From the NCBI GenBank assembly GCA_001189075.1, contig LFCN01000006.1, forward strand, positions 386,041-450,040: DNA of 64,000 nucleotides, read 5' to 3'. This document shows, piece after piece, positions 28,209 to 38,517 of this stretch (its first letter is position 1; every line of letters begins with the position of its first letter). A model generated the notes under the pieces. It did not search any database. It was not told where the DNA came from and saw only the letters and a list, made by a program, of their open reading frames with translations. The translations under genes were made by a program, and so were the position numbers. This stretch comes from Parcubacteria bacterium C7867-004 (GTDB taxonomy: Bacteria > Patescibacteriota > Minisyncoccia > Phycocordibacterales > Phycocordibacteraceae).

Positions 28209-30443
28209 ATGGAAAAATCCTTTAATCCAGAAGAAGTTAAGGATGCGCTACTTCGCGTATGGGAAGAGAGCGGATACGCTACTCCCCGCATCAATCAAAA
28301 CAGTAGACGGTATTCGATGTTCTTGGTTCCGCCGAATGCGAGCGGTCCTCTGCATGTGGGTAACGCGCTCATGATCGCAATCCAAGACATCTTGGCTCGG
28401 TATCATCGCGCTAAGGGTGATGCGACGCTTTGGATTCCTGGTACTGATCATGGCGGATATGAGACGCAGGTAACCTTCGAGCGTGAACTAGAAGCTGCGG
28501 GCAGGAGCAAGGATGAATTCACCCGGACAGAGTTCGTGGATGCCGTAGAGGATTTTGTCGCTAAGAACAATGAGACGATAGTTCGGCAGGTAAAAGCGAT
28601 GGGAGCCAGCGTCGATTGGTCCCGTTTCCGCTACACGCTCGATAAGGATTCGCTGCGGTTCGTCGACCGCATGTTCAGGAAGATGATTGCGGACAAGCTT
28701 ATTTACCGTAGCTCATACATGGTGAATTACTGTTCCGAGTGCACGACGATGCTCGCGGATATAGAGCTTAAGGAGGTGCCGAGCAATTCGCCATTATACG
28801 TAGTGAAGTTTCCCTTCAGGGAGGCTGACGGGTATCTCCCGCTCGCAACGACCCGTCCAGAGTTTCTGTTTGCAGTTACGCATATACTCGTGCATCCCCG
28901 TGACGAACGGTACGCAGAACATATCGGTTCAACGCTCCTTAATCCCGTTACGGGAGAAGAAGTACTGGTGATTGAAAGTAAACGGAAGCATGACCCCGAT
29001 TCTCTGGAGTCACCGCTCTTTGTATTCTCACCGTCAAGCAGGAAATATGATTTTGAGTACGCGATACGTAATGGGCTCCCGGTACGCAATCTGCTTGATT
29101 GGAAGGGATTGCTGATTGAGCGTAACCCGGGCATGACGCCGGAAGAAGCCCGTTCGGTTACAGTCGACTTCTGTACGAAGGAAGGCTTATTGGAGCGGGT
29201 CGACGAAGCATTCGAAGGAACGAAATCCATCTGCAAGAAAGGCCATCCGGTTGAAAGCGTGATTCGCATGACCTGGTTCATGCGCCTTGATGACGAGCAG
29301 GTGCCGTTGCGAAAACCAGCACTCGAGATGCTTGAACGTGAACGTCTCGTTGTTCAACCGCACTGGAGGAAGAAAGGCCTCGCGGATTGGATAGGAAAGA
29401 TGCACGATTGGCCTATCGCGCGCCAGAACGCGTGGGGCATTCGGATCCCCATCTGGTATGAGGTTACCGATCCGTCCTTGTTCACGGTGTGGTATCGAGA
29501 TTCGGAAAGGGTACTGCGGCACGGCAATCTCAAGGCTCTTCTGGAAGAAGGGATATTGTTCGAGGAGGTGGTACAGGGTTTGGAACGAGTGTACGTCGCC
29601 GAGCGCTGTAACTGGACGCTCGAGCCTGCGGCTGGAAAAAAGTATCTTCCCGAGACCGATACGTTCGATACCTGGTTCTCGTCAGGGGCCTGGAGCGCAA
29701 TGGTGTTCGAGAATAGTGCCTCATCTGAAACCTCTCACGCGTATCCGTCCGATGTCCTGGTTATCGGGCATGATCTCCTGCGGCTCTCGATTTCGCGGGA
29801 GATTATCCTCGGGGTGTATATGACCGGAAGACTCCCGTTCAGAAGAGTCTATTTCCATCAACTCCTTAAGAGCGCCGACGGGCAGAAGATGTCAAAGAGT
29901 CTCGGCAATGCGATTACCCTTGATACCTATCTAGAAAAGTTTGGTGCTGATGTCACGAGGATGGCTCTCGTCTCATATACCGGCCTCCAGGAAGACTTCG
30001 CTATTTCAGACGAACGTCTTGAGAGGTTCAAGTCCTTTTCCGATCGTCTCTGGAAGATCGGCAGGGCACTGGATGCCATAACTGCACATAATCCTCAGAT
30101 ATCAGTGTTTAGAGAATCGGCATCGCTCTCCGCAGACGATCAGGCACTTCTTTCAGGCCTGGAGGAAGTACGGGTATTGGCAGCTTCCTCGATTGAACGA
30201 TATGCGCTCGCTGACGCGCAAGAGAAAGCGGTCTCATTTCTCCCGCGTCTTGAAGAGTTTGTTCTCGGGATCTTATCCAGGAACGATCCCGAGGGCGGAG
30301 CGGCAATCTTTTCGAAGGTATTGCGAAGCTATCTCATGATCCTGCATCCGTTCATGCCGTTTGAGACTGAAGAGCTGTCACGGACGCTATATCCTTCAGA
30401 CGGACTACTAGCATCATTCGGATCGAACACCCGCCTTCATTAA
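28209..30443 (+). CDS. valS: valyl-tRNA synthetase (compact, ~745 aa)
   Basis: PPNASGPLHVGNA (HIGH region), DTWFSSGAW, KMSKSLGN. The N-terminus YATPRIN... resembles ValRS. Confidence 0.7.
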   Translation: MEKSFNPEEVKDALLRVWEESGYATPRINQNSRRYSMFLVPPNASGPLHVGNALMIAIQDILARYHRAKGDATLWIPGTDHGGYETQVTFERELEAAGRSKDEFTRTEFVDAVEDFVAKNNETIVRQVKAMGASVDWSRFRYTLDKDSLRFVDRMFRKMIADKLIYRSSYMVNYCSECTTMLADIELKEVPSNSPLYVVKFPFREADGYLPLATTRPEFLFAVTHILVHPRDERYAEHIGSTLLNPVTGEEVLVIESKRKHDPDSLESPLFVFSPSSRKYDFEYAIRNGLPVRNLLDWKGLLIERNPGMTPEEARSVTVDFCTKEGLLERVDEAFEGTKSICKKGHPVESVIRMTWFMRLDDEQVPLRKPALEMLERERLVVQPHWRKKGLADWIGKMHDWPIARQNAWGIRIPIWYEVTDPSLFTVWYRDSERVLRHGNLKALLEEGILFEEVVQGLERVYVAERCNWTLEPAAGKKYLPETDTFDTWFSSGAWSAMVFENSASSETSHAYPSDVLVIGHDLLRLSISREIILGVYMTGRLPFRRVYFHQLLKSADGQKMSKSLGNAITLDTYLEKFGADVTRMALVSYTGLQEDFAISDERLERFKSFSDRLWKIGRALDAITAHNPQISVFRESASLSADDQALLSGLEEVRVLAASSIERYALADAQEKAVSFLPRLEEFVLGILSRNDPEGGAAIFSKVLRSYLMILHPFMPFETEELSRTLYPSDGLLASFGSNTRLH

Positions 30444-30498
30444 GCCTTAATCAAAAGGTAGTATGCTGATCTTCATACTCGCGTAGCATCCAATCCTC

Positions 30499-30831
30499 AT
30501 GACCATCGTTCACTGGCTTATAACCGCAGTCGCTATCGGCATTGCTGCCTACCTTATTCCAGGTATCGAGGTGACCCTTGTTGGTGCGCTCGTACTTGCG
30601 GTGGTGCTTGGTATCATCAACGCCTTCATCAAGCCGGTCATCGGACTGCTCACGCTCCCTATTAACATCCTCACGCTTGGGCTCTTCTCGCTCGTGGTGA
30701 ACGCGCTCCTCATCATGCTTGCAGGAATGATCGTCCCGGGATTCGTCGTGGCGGGATTCTGGCCGGCATTCTTCTTCGCGATCGTCGTCGCTCTTGTCTC
30801 AGCGCTCTTCGGCTCGGTCGTGAAGAACTAA
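30499..30831 (+). CDS. YvlD/DUF360 (phage-holin-4 superfamily, PF04020-like) 4-TM membrane protein
   Basis: 110 aa with four hydrophobic helices. The pattern LIPGIEV...INAFIKPVIGLLTLPINILTLGLFSLVVNAL is typical of this family. Confidence 0.6.
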   Translation: MTIVHWLITAVAIGIAAYLIPGIEVTLVGALVLAVVLGIINAFIKPVIGLLTLPINILTLGLFSLVVNALLIMLAGMIVPGFVVAGFWPAFFFAIVVALVSALFGSVVKN

Positions 30832-30842
30832 GCTTCCTAAAG

Positions 30843-30886
30843 TAAAAAAGAAAGGCCCGAGCGCGAGGTGCGTTCGGGTCTTTTAC
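30843..30886. terminator. bidirectional rho-independent terminator between convergent genes
   Basis: Hairpin ggcccgagcgc-gaggt-gcgttcgggtc, with an A-run upstream and a T-run downstream. Confidence 0.65.
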
Positions 30887-30906
30887 GTTGCGAGTTCGCT
30901 GTTCAC

Positions 30907-31440
30907 CTAGAAGCCGGGATGACTCCTGCTGCCAAGCGAAAGGACGATGCTGGCAGCGCGCCACGGTGGCTGTTCGTCCAGGACGTGTGCATCGAACTCG
31001 ATCCGTTCGTCTTCCGGATCGAAGGTGATGGTTCCAGCTGCGTGAACCGCGCAGCTCGGATAGAAGATCACGTCCACGACGAGTCCGGTTGGACGGACCC
31101 GCTCAGGTTCCTGCACGAAGCGTGCAGTCTCTGAAAGGTCGAGACCATAGGGCGTCGGGAGCACCGCCAGGATCGTCAGATCGTCGCCGGGAATGGTCAG
31201 CTCGTGGCCGTGCACGAGAGCATTCCACTCGGTGATTGCCGCCGGAGAGTGTTGCAGAATGAGAGAGCGGAAATCCGCCGTCACCTTGATTAGCGGGCCG
31301 TCCTTGAAGAATTCCGCGGGGCGGAAGATCTCCTTGCGTGCGGGAAGCTCGAATCTGGTCGCGGGTTCCATTTTGTCGAAAACCGGAGGACCCGTCTCGG
31401 ACCCCCTACGCCACGCGGTATGGCCTACGGTGTCAGTCAT
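30907..31440 (-). CDS. hypothetical protein (177 aa), compositionally atypical
   Basis: Clean ORF on the minus strand, ending at the bidirectional terminator. No motif recognised. Confidence 0.45.
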   Translation of the reverse strand: MTDTVGHTAWRRGSETGPPVFDKMEPATRFELPARKEIFRPAEFFKDGPLIKVTADFRSLILQHSPAAITEWNALVHGHELTIPGDDLTILAVLPTPYGLDLSETARFVQEPERVRPTGLVVDVIFYPSCAVHAAGTITFDPEDERIEFDAHVLDEQPPWRAASIVLSLGSRSHPGF

Positions 31441-31672
31441 GACATACTCCTTGCTTACAATGCTGTACGAAGGGGATTAAGCCCCAGCAGACAGCGTGCG
31501 AATGTGCACTCGCTCGCTGCTAGGGCCAACTACTATAAAAAGAACTAGAGGCGCACTATCGCGCCGTATTGTGTGTAAGTCAAGTCACCTTAGAAAAAGT
31601 GGACGCAGAAATTTTAGATCTTTTGTTCGCAACTCGGCATATTTAAACATTCATACCGTATACTTGTCTGTA

Positions 31673-34414
31673 ATGGCACTGGAAGTTCCCGCACGGCCGA
31701 TTGCTTCGCCTGCAGACGAGCTGGCATACCTGCGTGCGCAGGTAGCGATGAAGGAGGCGGAATTGCTTACGCTCAAGCAAGAACGTCCGCGCGAGGAGAT
31801 CGCCCATGAGCGCATCCTCCATCACCGCATGAGCGCGAACGAGGAAGTGCTCGCTCCGGCGTATCGCATGACCGACGCGGAAGCCGCCAACCACTCGCTT
31901 ACGCTCGACCTTGATCCTGAACAGAACGACGAGACCATCGCGGAACTGCGGGGTGTTATGGAGGAGAAGGGTGTGCATAATGCCTTCACCATCCTCGAGA
32001 AGCTGAATAATCCGCACCTTGAGGACGATTTCCATCGTTTCCTCGTGCAGTACTTGGTAGCCGGCATGCAGCCGAAGGGTCTGGGAGAGAATCAGCCCGA
32101 ATGGAAGGCGCTGCATATGACGCTCTATGAGATCTCGCTTCCGGAGATGAGCGGAGAGAGTAAGGACGGAAGGGTAAAGACACTCAAGGAGCTGGTTTCC
32201 TCTATGGAACAGTTCTATTCGGGAATGCTCGCGGTTGAGAACGCGGGCCGTGGAGAGCCGCCCTATATGACGCTTGAGCTTGCAGTGCCGGTTGATAAGC
32301 CGCATCTCATGTTCTATGCGGCGATCCCAAATACGCGTCGCGACCTCTTCGAGAAACAGCTCCTCGCTATCTTCCCGAACGCGAGCGTTATCGCGCAGCC
32401 CAACGATTACAACGTGTTCGTGGAGAATGGATTCTCTCATGCGAGCGTCGCGTCCTTTAAGGATAAGGCGATGCTTCCGCTCAAGGACTACCAGGACTTC
32501 GATTACGATCCCCTCAATTCCCTCCTGAACGCCTTTGCGAAAGTAGCTCCCGAGGACGAGGGCGTCTCGCTCCAGATAGTCTTCAAGCCGCAGACGGATC
32601 ACTACGTCCATTACTATCGCCGGGTCCTCCACGCACTGCGCCAGGGAGAGCATCGTTCGCGTGCGTTCACGCTCCCGGAGACGTTCGTAGGGGATCTGGC
32701 TCGTGAAGCGTTCGGCCTCATCGCGACTTCCAAGAAACAGAGCGCGAACGAGCCAGTGGATCAGAAGGCGATAGAGATGGTTGAGAAGAAGATACAGGCG
32801 CCGGTAGTCTCGACGAATATCCGTCTCGTAGTATCGACGCCGGTGGAGTCCCGAACGCAACAGATCCTTTCGGAGCTCGAGTCTTCGTTCAACCAGTTCG
32901 AGCACACCACGGGCAATCGTCTGGAATTCCTCCGGCCCAATCGTGCCGGAATGAAGCAACTCCTCCGTGATTTCTCGTTCCGTCTCTTCAGGCAGGCGAC
33001 TAATCTCCCGCTCTCACTGCGCGAGCTTACGACGATGTATCACTTCCCACCGAACGGCATCGAGTCCGCGCCGAACCTGAAGCAGTCCCGCTTCGCAGCC
33101 GCTGCAGCCCCTGCCGATCTACCGCACGAGGGAACAAGTATCGGAACCAATACCTTCCGTGGACAGACTACCGAGGTACGCATCGCTCCCGAAGACCGTC
33201 TTCGACATCTCTACGCAATCGGTCAGACGGGGGCCGGAAAGACCGGCTTCCTGAAGACCCTCATCGAGCAGGACATCAAGGCTGGGAACGGTGTCTGTTT
33301 CATCGATCCGCACGGCAACGACATCCTCGATGTGCTCGCTATGATCCCGCCTGAGCGGTATGAGGATGTGATCTACTTCGACCCGGCTAATATTGACCGA
33401 CCGTTCGGGCTCAACATGCTTGAGTACGATCCAAATCGTCCAGAGCAGAAAACGTTCATCGTTAACGAGATGCTCGCCATCTTCCGTCAGCTGTACGGCG
33501 ACGTGCCGGAGTCGATGGGCCCGGCCTTCGAGCAGTATTTCCGTAACGCAACACAGCTGGTTATGGAAGATCCATCCTCAGGCTCAACGCTTATGGATAT
33601 CGGCCGCGTTCTTTCGAATAAGCCGTTCCGGGATCTCAAGTTGTCGCGCAGTAACAACCCGATCATAAATCAGTTCTGGAACGAGATCGCGACCCAAGCG
33701 GAAGGCGAGGCGAGCCTGCAGAACATCGTCCCGTATATCACGAACAAGTTCGATGAGTTCACCGGAAGCGACTTTATGCGTCCTATAATCGGCCAGCAAG
33801 AAAGCTCCTTCAAGTTCCGCGAGGTTATCGACACCAAGAAGATCCTGCTCGTTAATCTCTCGAAAGGAAGGCTCGGCGAGCGCAACGCGAACCTGCTCGG
33901 ACTCATTATCGTGGGCAAGCTCTTCATGGCGGCGCTCTCCAGAGTTGATGATCCGCGCGGCAACTTCCCGCCGTTCTATCTCTATATCGACGAGTTCCAG
34001 AACATCACCACCAATTCCATCCCGGGCATCCTCTCAGAAGCCCGCAAGTACAAGCTTTCGCTCACTATCGCGCACCAGTACTTGGCACAGATCGATGAGA
34101 AGATCCGTGATGCGGTCTTCGGCAACGTCGGCTCGATGGCGGTGTTCCGCGTCGGCCAGGAAGACGGGGAATTCTTTGGAAAGCTCTTCGCGCCATCATT
34201 CGCAGCGAGCGACTTCATCAACATCGAGAATCGCAACGCGTATGTCCGCATCCTAGCCCGTGGCGTTCCGCAGAAGCCGTTCAACATAAAGACGCTCGAT
34301 CTGGCACCCGGGAATCTCGGCCAGGTAGATGACTTGCGCGAGCTTTCGTATCTCACGTACGGACGGGACCGTGCTACAGTTGAAGCATCGATACGGGCAC
34401 GCTATCTCTCATAA
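31673..34414 (+). CDS. large P-loop ATPase of the FtsK/HerA/TraG superfamily (VirB4/VirD4-like AAA_10 domain) with ~500-aa unknown N-terminal domain
   Basis: IGQTGAGKTGFL (Walker A) ...VCFIDPHGND (the xDPxGE box of TrwB/VirB4-type ATPases) ...FYLYIDEFQN (Walker B) ...IAHQYLAQI. There is no TM segment. The start is chosen at MALEVPARP; the ORF is open from 31496. Confidence 0.6.
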   Translation: MALEVPARPIASPADELAYLRAQVAMKEAELLTLKQERPREEIAHERILHHRMSANEEVLAPAYRMTDAEAANHSLTLDLDPEQNDETIAELRGVMEEKGVHNAFTILEKLNNPHLEDDFHRFLVQYLVAGMQPKGLGENQPEWKALHMTLYEISLPEMSGESKDGRVKTLKELVSSMEQFYSGMLAVENAGRGEPPYMTLELAVPVDKPHLMFYAAIPNTRRDLFEKQLLAIFPNASVIAQPNDYNVFVENGFSHASVASFKDKAMLPLKDYQDFDYDPLNSLLNAFAKVAPEDEGVSLQIVFKPQTDHYVHYYRRVLHALRQGEHRSRAFTLPETFVGDLAREAFGLIATSKKQSANEPVDQKAIEMVEKKIQAPVVSTNIRLVVSTPVESRTQQILSELESSFNQFEHTTGNRLEFLRPNRAGMKQLLRDFSFRLFRQATNLPLSLRELTTMYHFPPNGIESAPNLKQSRFAAAAAPADLPHEGTSIGTNTFRGQTTEVRIAPEDRLRHLYAIGQTGAGKTGFLKTLIEQDIKAGNGVCFIDPHGNDILDVLAMIPPERYEDVIYFDPANIDRPFGLNMLEYDPNRPEQKTFIVNEMLAIFRQLYGDVPESMGPAFEQYFRNATQLVMEDPSSGSTLMDIGRVLSNKPFRDLKLSRSNNPIINQFWNEIATQAEGEASLQNIVPYITNKFDEFTGSDFMRPIIGQQESSFKFREVIDTKKILLVNLSKGRLGERNANLLGLIIVGKLFMAALSRVDDPRGNFPPFYLYIDEFQNITTNSIPGILSEARKYKLSLTIAHQYLAQIDEKIRDAVFGNVGSMAVFRVGQEDGEFFGKLFAPSFAASDFINIENRNAYVRILARGVPQKPFNIKTLDLAPGNLGQVDDLRELSYLTYGRDRATVEASIRARYLS

Positions 34415-34420
34415 TTATCT

Positions 34421-37400
34421 ATGGCACGAGGCAAAGGACCGGGAGGAGGATTGAATAGAGGACCATCGGCGCGTGCAGGCGGCGGAGGCAAAGGCGGTGG
34501 GGAGCGACCGCATGATTTGTCAGAGGGTCAGCGGACGGCGCTCAATGAGTGTGTACGAGCACATGAGTCTATCGAAAAACAATTCGAATCTGCAAAAATA
34601 AGAGTGATGCAACTTGGCGCAGAGGCGAAGATGCGAACTAAATCGATAGATGTCTCTTTAGCACTCTTAAAACTTAAGAGTGCGCTTAATGAATTTAGTT
34701 TCAATACCGGTACTAATCGAAACCAGCTACTGAAGGAGCTTCAGTCAATGGCTGAGGCTGCTGATGCAGCTATGACCGCCTTCAGTACCGCAATCGAAGC
34801 GGCAATAAGAGATGCGGCGCTTGGAGAAGAGGTAGGGAAAACGGGTGCCGATTCCGAAAAAGGATCAGAAGCAGCTCGGGAACAGATGGATGCAAGAAGA
34901 AGTTTGCTTGATCAGAGATTTACCGATGCGATCCATCGTTATAATAAAACTCTCGATAGATCGAGCGGTGTTACTACGAGACCCGTCTTCTTGGCTGAGT
35001 GTGAGGTTGTCGATGCCGAGATTAGGGCACTCACCCCGGCATTCACAGAATTTCTGCGCGGAGAGCACTGGAATGATTTGGCGCGTGAAGATGAGCTTCT
35101 TGCTGAAGCTGAAAGGAGACTTGCTGAGTACGACGCAGTAGTGGCGCGCAGCGAATCAGCGACGGAGGCGATGCTCCGCCGGACTGCTCTTGAGAATGAG
35201 AGTAAAGAGAAGAGGGCTGAAATTGACGCAGTACCAACCGAGCTGAAGTCATCCAGGCCTTTGCTAAAAGCATTTTTCAGCTTTTCGAACCTCCGGAGTG
35301 CCGCCGGCATGCTCAGTCTGGATGCTTCCAATAAGGAGCTGACCCCTGAGGCAAAGATTGGTCTGGCCTCTCAGCTCGAAGCTGCGTATCAAGCGGAAAT
35401 CGATGCTGCCAAAGAATTCCTTGCCGCTCTCTCAAGTGTGCCCGAAGAAGCAACGGCAGAGATGAGTCCAGAGGAAGCCGGCTGGAGAGCGCTGCTCCAG
35501 AAGCTCGAGTCAGACGGTTCGGTCAGCCTGAATCCGAAAGCCAAGCAGGAGCTTCAGGCCATCGCTAACGCACGCCTTGCAGAGCTCAAGAGCATGCCCG
35601 GTCTTTCCGCTAAGGACCGTAAGCAAGCAGAGGCAGTGCTTCGCCAGATCATCGCCGAGACGAAGAAGCCCGGGCTCGTTAAGGCAGGGCTCATCGCGCG
35701 CAGGATCAATCAGCTTCTGGCGCTCATCTATCCTGCTGCTGTCGCAGAGGAGCCTCCGGCAGCTGAAGCTGCGCCTCCGGAGGAGCCTCTTACGCTCGAG
35801 GCGCTCCAAGATCCACCTACTCCGCCAGATTCGGGTGTCGACAACACGCCGCTCGAGAACAGGGAGGCTCTGCGCAAGTCGCTCAAGGATTCGTTCGATG
35901 ACCTTGCGAAAAGCACCGGCGTCGAAGCTGCACGCACTGATATGCAAGCAAAGGAAGCTGCGTACCTAGCGGCATACAAGGCGCTCGAGAAAGAGCGCGG
36001 ACTCAAAGGTGGAATGTCGCGTCTTTTTTCCAAAAAGGCCAAGGAAGCATTCGCGCAACAAGAAGCCGATCTCGTACGCTTGAAGCAAGAATTCGACGAA
36101 TCTCGTGCTGCGTATTCTGCTGCACTTGAAGGTGCGCATACTATAAGCGACGACGACGCGCGCGCAGCTCATGCCCAGCGGATGGAAGAACGCTTCGCGC
36201 GGCTCAAGAAGAGCGGAGCGCTTCCGAAGGGCTCTGGTGGCAAGCCGGTCACGCTCGCTGAATACCTCGAACGTAACAAATTCGAGAAGTTTGCCGAGAA
36301 ACACGGAAAGGTCGAGAACTACCTGCGCTTCCGCGAGATCGTCCGCCCGCTTGCAGAGAAGAAGCTTCAGGCACGCTACGAAGCGCTTGATGAACGTCGG
36401 TTCCTTGCGCTCAATAAGGCCTTCGCGTGGGTAGCAATGAAGAACCAGGAATTCGAGAAGCATGTCGGTGGAAAGAACATGGCTCGTCTCATCCGCATTG
36501 TAGTTAGCGCCACGGTTATAACCGGCGGCGCAGCAGCATTCGGAGGCCTTGCTGGCGCCGGTATGGGAGCTATCCTCGGAGCTGGAGCGTTCCGGATGGG
36601 AAGGGCTGGGCTCGGTCTGATCGCGGGTGCCATCGCCGGCGAAGGTACGGGCCTCGCGTTCGAAGGGCTTTATCGCGGAGGTCAGAAAAAAGCAGGAAAA
36701 GATCTTCGCAAGGCTGGAGCGGAACTCGAGAGGCTGGTATTTGAAGACTTCGCTCGTATCGATAAGGAGCGCGGGAAGTTGGCGCTCAAGGCTGATGAAG
36801 TGAGATTCCTCAAGCAGAAGGCCGTCTGGCGGGCCACCGCCGCGGTTCTCGTCGGAGCCGGCACATCCTTCGCGTTCTCGGAGCTCGCCTCAGCTGCTTC
36901 CGTCGAAGCAGGAATCTCGGATGCGGCAAAAGCGCCAGGTTCAGTTCCGGGGAACGTTCCATCGGGTCCCGGTGCAGACGCTCCTGCAGCAGAGGCTGCT
37001 GGTTCAGGTAATCCAAGCACTCCCAATGCGGCGCCATCCGCTCCGGCCGCAAGCCCTGAGGCCGGACCGCAGGGGTCGTCCGCCGGAGGCCCTAACGCTT
37101 CTTCATCCGAATCTGGAGCTGCGAGTACCGCAGGCACTCCAGGAGGCGCACCAAGCACGCCGGGAGAGACACTCAAGAGCGTTTCCATAGACAAGAAGGG
37201 CGAAGGCATGGCGCAGATGTTTGTTGACCTGCGCGAATCCCTCAAGGCTGATCCGTCCCTTAAAGTATCTCCTCAGCTTACGGAGCTTCTCAGCAAGAAT
37301 CCGAACGCGCTCACGCATGAACTCGGCGCTGCCGCGGACGGTAAGAGTATAACCATGCAGCCGGGCGACCAGCTGATAGTCGACAAGGACCAGAATATTC

Positions 37401-38203
37401 TGCTCAAGCAGGGTACTGGCGAGCCGAAGCTTCTGTATAAGCACGAAGCTGATGGTGGATACAAAGCGGACACTGAAGCGCTCAAGGATGCGCACAAGCA
37501 GCCCGACGGCCCGGTTCGTCCGAAGGTCGAGGTCGGGAACACTCCTACTTCAGCTCCGGAGGATATGGTGAAGTTCACACCGAAGGAAGAACTTCCAGCT
37601 GACGGCGACTACATGAAAGAGAATCTGAACACGAAGCTGCCGTACGAATATCACACGTCGGAAAACGCGCCTACGACAGCCGAGATCGCACCTCCTGAGG
37701 TTTCTCCTGAAGAAGCTGCCGCAATCGACGCCGGAGCTATAGGACCTGCTCCTGAACCCGCGGCGCCTGCAGCGGCTCCTGCCCCAGAAGCTCCACGTCC
37801 TTCTGCGCCAACTCCGTCGGAGTCAGTACCTGAAGCAACTGCAGACAGGCCTCAAGCGGAAGCAGCGCCTGAAGTGTTTACGAACAAGCATGGTATCGCT
37901 ATTGATCCCGCTACGCCGACCGTTTTCGTTGATGATACGGGGAGGCAGGTGGCGCACGGAGGAACATTCGATGATCGTTTCAACACCGCGAAGAAGTATG
38001 CGCTCGCACATCCTGGCCCGATGGTCCTATTTGATGCGTCGTACACTGATCAGCTAACCGGGCAAAGAATCGCTGCGGTAGGCGGCATATCATCGACGCC
38101 AGACGGAAAGCTACAGATCGCTCCTGGAAGCCTTACCGGACCAGACGGTAAGCCGCTGCCAATTCCAAACACTGACACCTTTATCCGTAAGCTGAATTCC
38201 TAA
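34421..38203 (+). CDS. giant (1260 aa) coiled-coil membrane protein with glycine-zipper TM hairpin and Pro/Ala/Ser-rich stalk
   Basis: Starts 7 nt after the ATPase stop. Gly-rich N-terminus and ~650 aa of heptad/Ala-Glu-Lys-rich sequence. TM region LIRIVVSATVITGGAAAFGGLAGAGMGAILGAGAF...GLGLIAGAIAG (GxxxG repeats) and a second TM near WRATAAVLVGAGTSFAF. Then low-complexity P/A/S/G tracts and a ~130-aa C-terminal globular region. Confidence 0.6.
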   Translation: MARGKGPGGGLNRGPSARAGGGGKGGGERPHDLSEGQRTALNECVRAHESIEKQFESAKIRVMQLGAEAKMRTKSIDVSLALLKLKSALNEFSFNTGTNRNQLLKELQSMAEAADAAMTAFSTAIEAAIRDAALGEEVGKTGADSEKGSEAAREQMDARRSLLDQRFTDAIHRYNKTLDRSSGVTTRPVFLAECEVVDAEIRALTPAFTEFLRGEHWNDLAREDELLAEAERRLAEYDAVVARSESATEAMLRRTALENESKEKRAEIDAVPTELKSSRPLLKAFFSFSNLRSAAGMLSLDASNKELTPEAKIGLASQLEAAYQAEIDAAKEFLAALSSVPEEATAEMSPEEAGWRALLQKLESDGSVSLNPKAKQELQAIANARLAELKSMPGLSAKDRKQAEAVLRQIIAETKKPGLVKAGLIARRINQLLALIYPAAVAEEPPAAEAAPPEEPLTLEALQDPPTPPDSGVDNTPLENREALRKSLKDSFDDLAKSTGVEAARTDMQAKEAAYLAAYKALEKERGLKGGMSRLFSKKAKEAFAQQEADLVRLKQEFDESRAAYSAALEGAHTISDDDARAAHAQRMEERFARLKKSGALPKGSGGKPVTLAEYLERNKFEKFAEKHGKVENYLRFREIVRPLAEKKLQARYEALDERRFLALNKAFAWVAMKNQEFEKHVGGKNMARLIRIVVSATVITGGAAAFGGLAGAGMGAILGAGAFRMGRAGLGLIAGAIAGEGTGLAFEGLYRGGQKKAGKDLRKAGAELERLVFEDFARIDKERGKLALKADEVRFLKQKAVWRATAAVLVGAGTSFAFSELASAASVEAGISDAAKAPGSVPGNVPSGPGADAPAAEAAGSGNPSTPNAAPSAPAASPEAGPQGSSAGGPNASSSESGAASTAGTPGGAPSTPGETLKSVSIDKKGEGMAQMFVDLRESLKADPSLKVSPQLTELLSKNPNALTHELGAAADGKSITMQPGDQLIVDKDQNILLKQGTGEPKLLYKHEADGGYKADTEALKDAHKQPDGPVRPKVEVGNTPTSAPEDMVKFTPKEELPADGDYMKENLNTKLPYEYHTSENAPTTAEIAPPEVSPEEAAAIDAGAIGPAPEPAAPAAAPAPEAPRPSAPTPSESVPEATADRPQAEAAPEVFTNKHGIAIDPATPTVFVDDTGRQVAHGGTFDDRFNTAKKYALAHPGPMVLFDASYTDQLTGQRIAAVGGISSTPDGKLQIAPGSLTGPDGKPLPIPNTDTFIRKLNS

Positions 38204-38206
38204 GGT

Positions 38207-38506
38207 ATGAACACCGAACTTCCAACAACCATCCTCGAAGCTCTGGATATTGCGGAACTTCCGGCAGAAGAGCGGGAGGAACTGCTCCTTGACCTGAGTT
38301 CGCTCATATCTCGCGGAACGCTCGTGCGCCTCATCGAGCAGATGGACGACACTACAAGTGAGGCTTTCTCAAAGCTGATGGACACGAATCCTGATGAGGA
38401 AGCGGTTGAAGCTTTTCTGCTTGAGCGCGTACCAAATGCTGATCAGGCAGCGAGGGATGCCCTCAAAGAGCTTACGGATGATATAGTAGCTGCTACCAAA
38501 GCTTAA
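38207..38506 (+). CDS. small acidic helical protein (99 aa)
   Basis: Starts 4 nt after the giant ORF. pI clearly acidic (E/D-rich), no TM. Confidence 0.45.
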   Translation: MNTELPTTILEALDIAELPAEEREELLLDLSSLISRGTLVRLIEQMDDTTSEAFSKLMDTNPDEEAVEAFLLERVPNADQAARDALKELTDDIVAATKA

Positions 38507-38517
38507 CGAATACCGCT

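Noticed and set aside
30499-30831. Holin-superfamily protein as evidence of a prophage
   Set aside because: PF04020/DUF360-type proteins are widespread chromosomal membrane proteins. No capsid, terminase, integrase or tail genes are nearby.
34845-38046. Multiple 60-190-aa ORFs on both strands inside the giant gene (for example 36682-37245 minus)
   Set aside because: They are embedded in the 1260-aa ORF, whose long uninterrupted frame and 7-nt operon spacing are far better supported. Their translations are low-complexity Ala/Pro/Ser.
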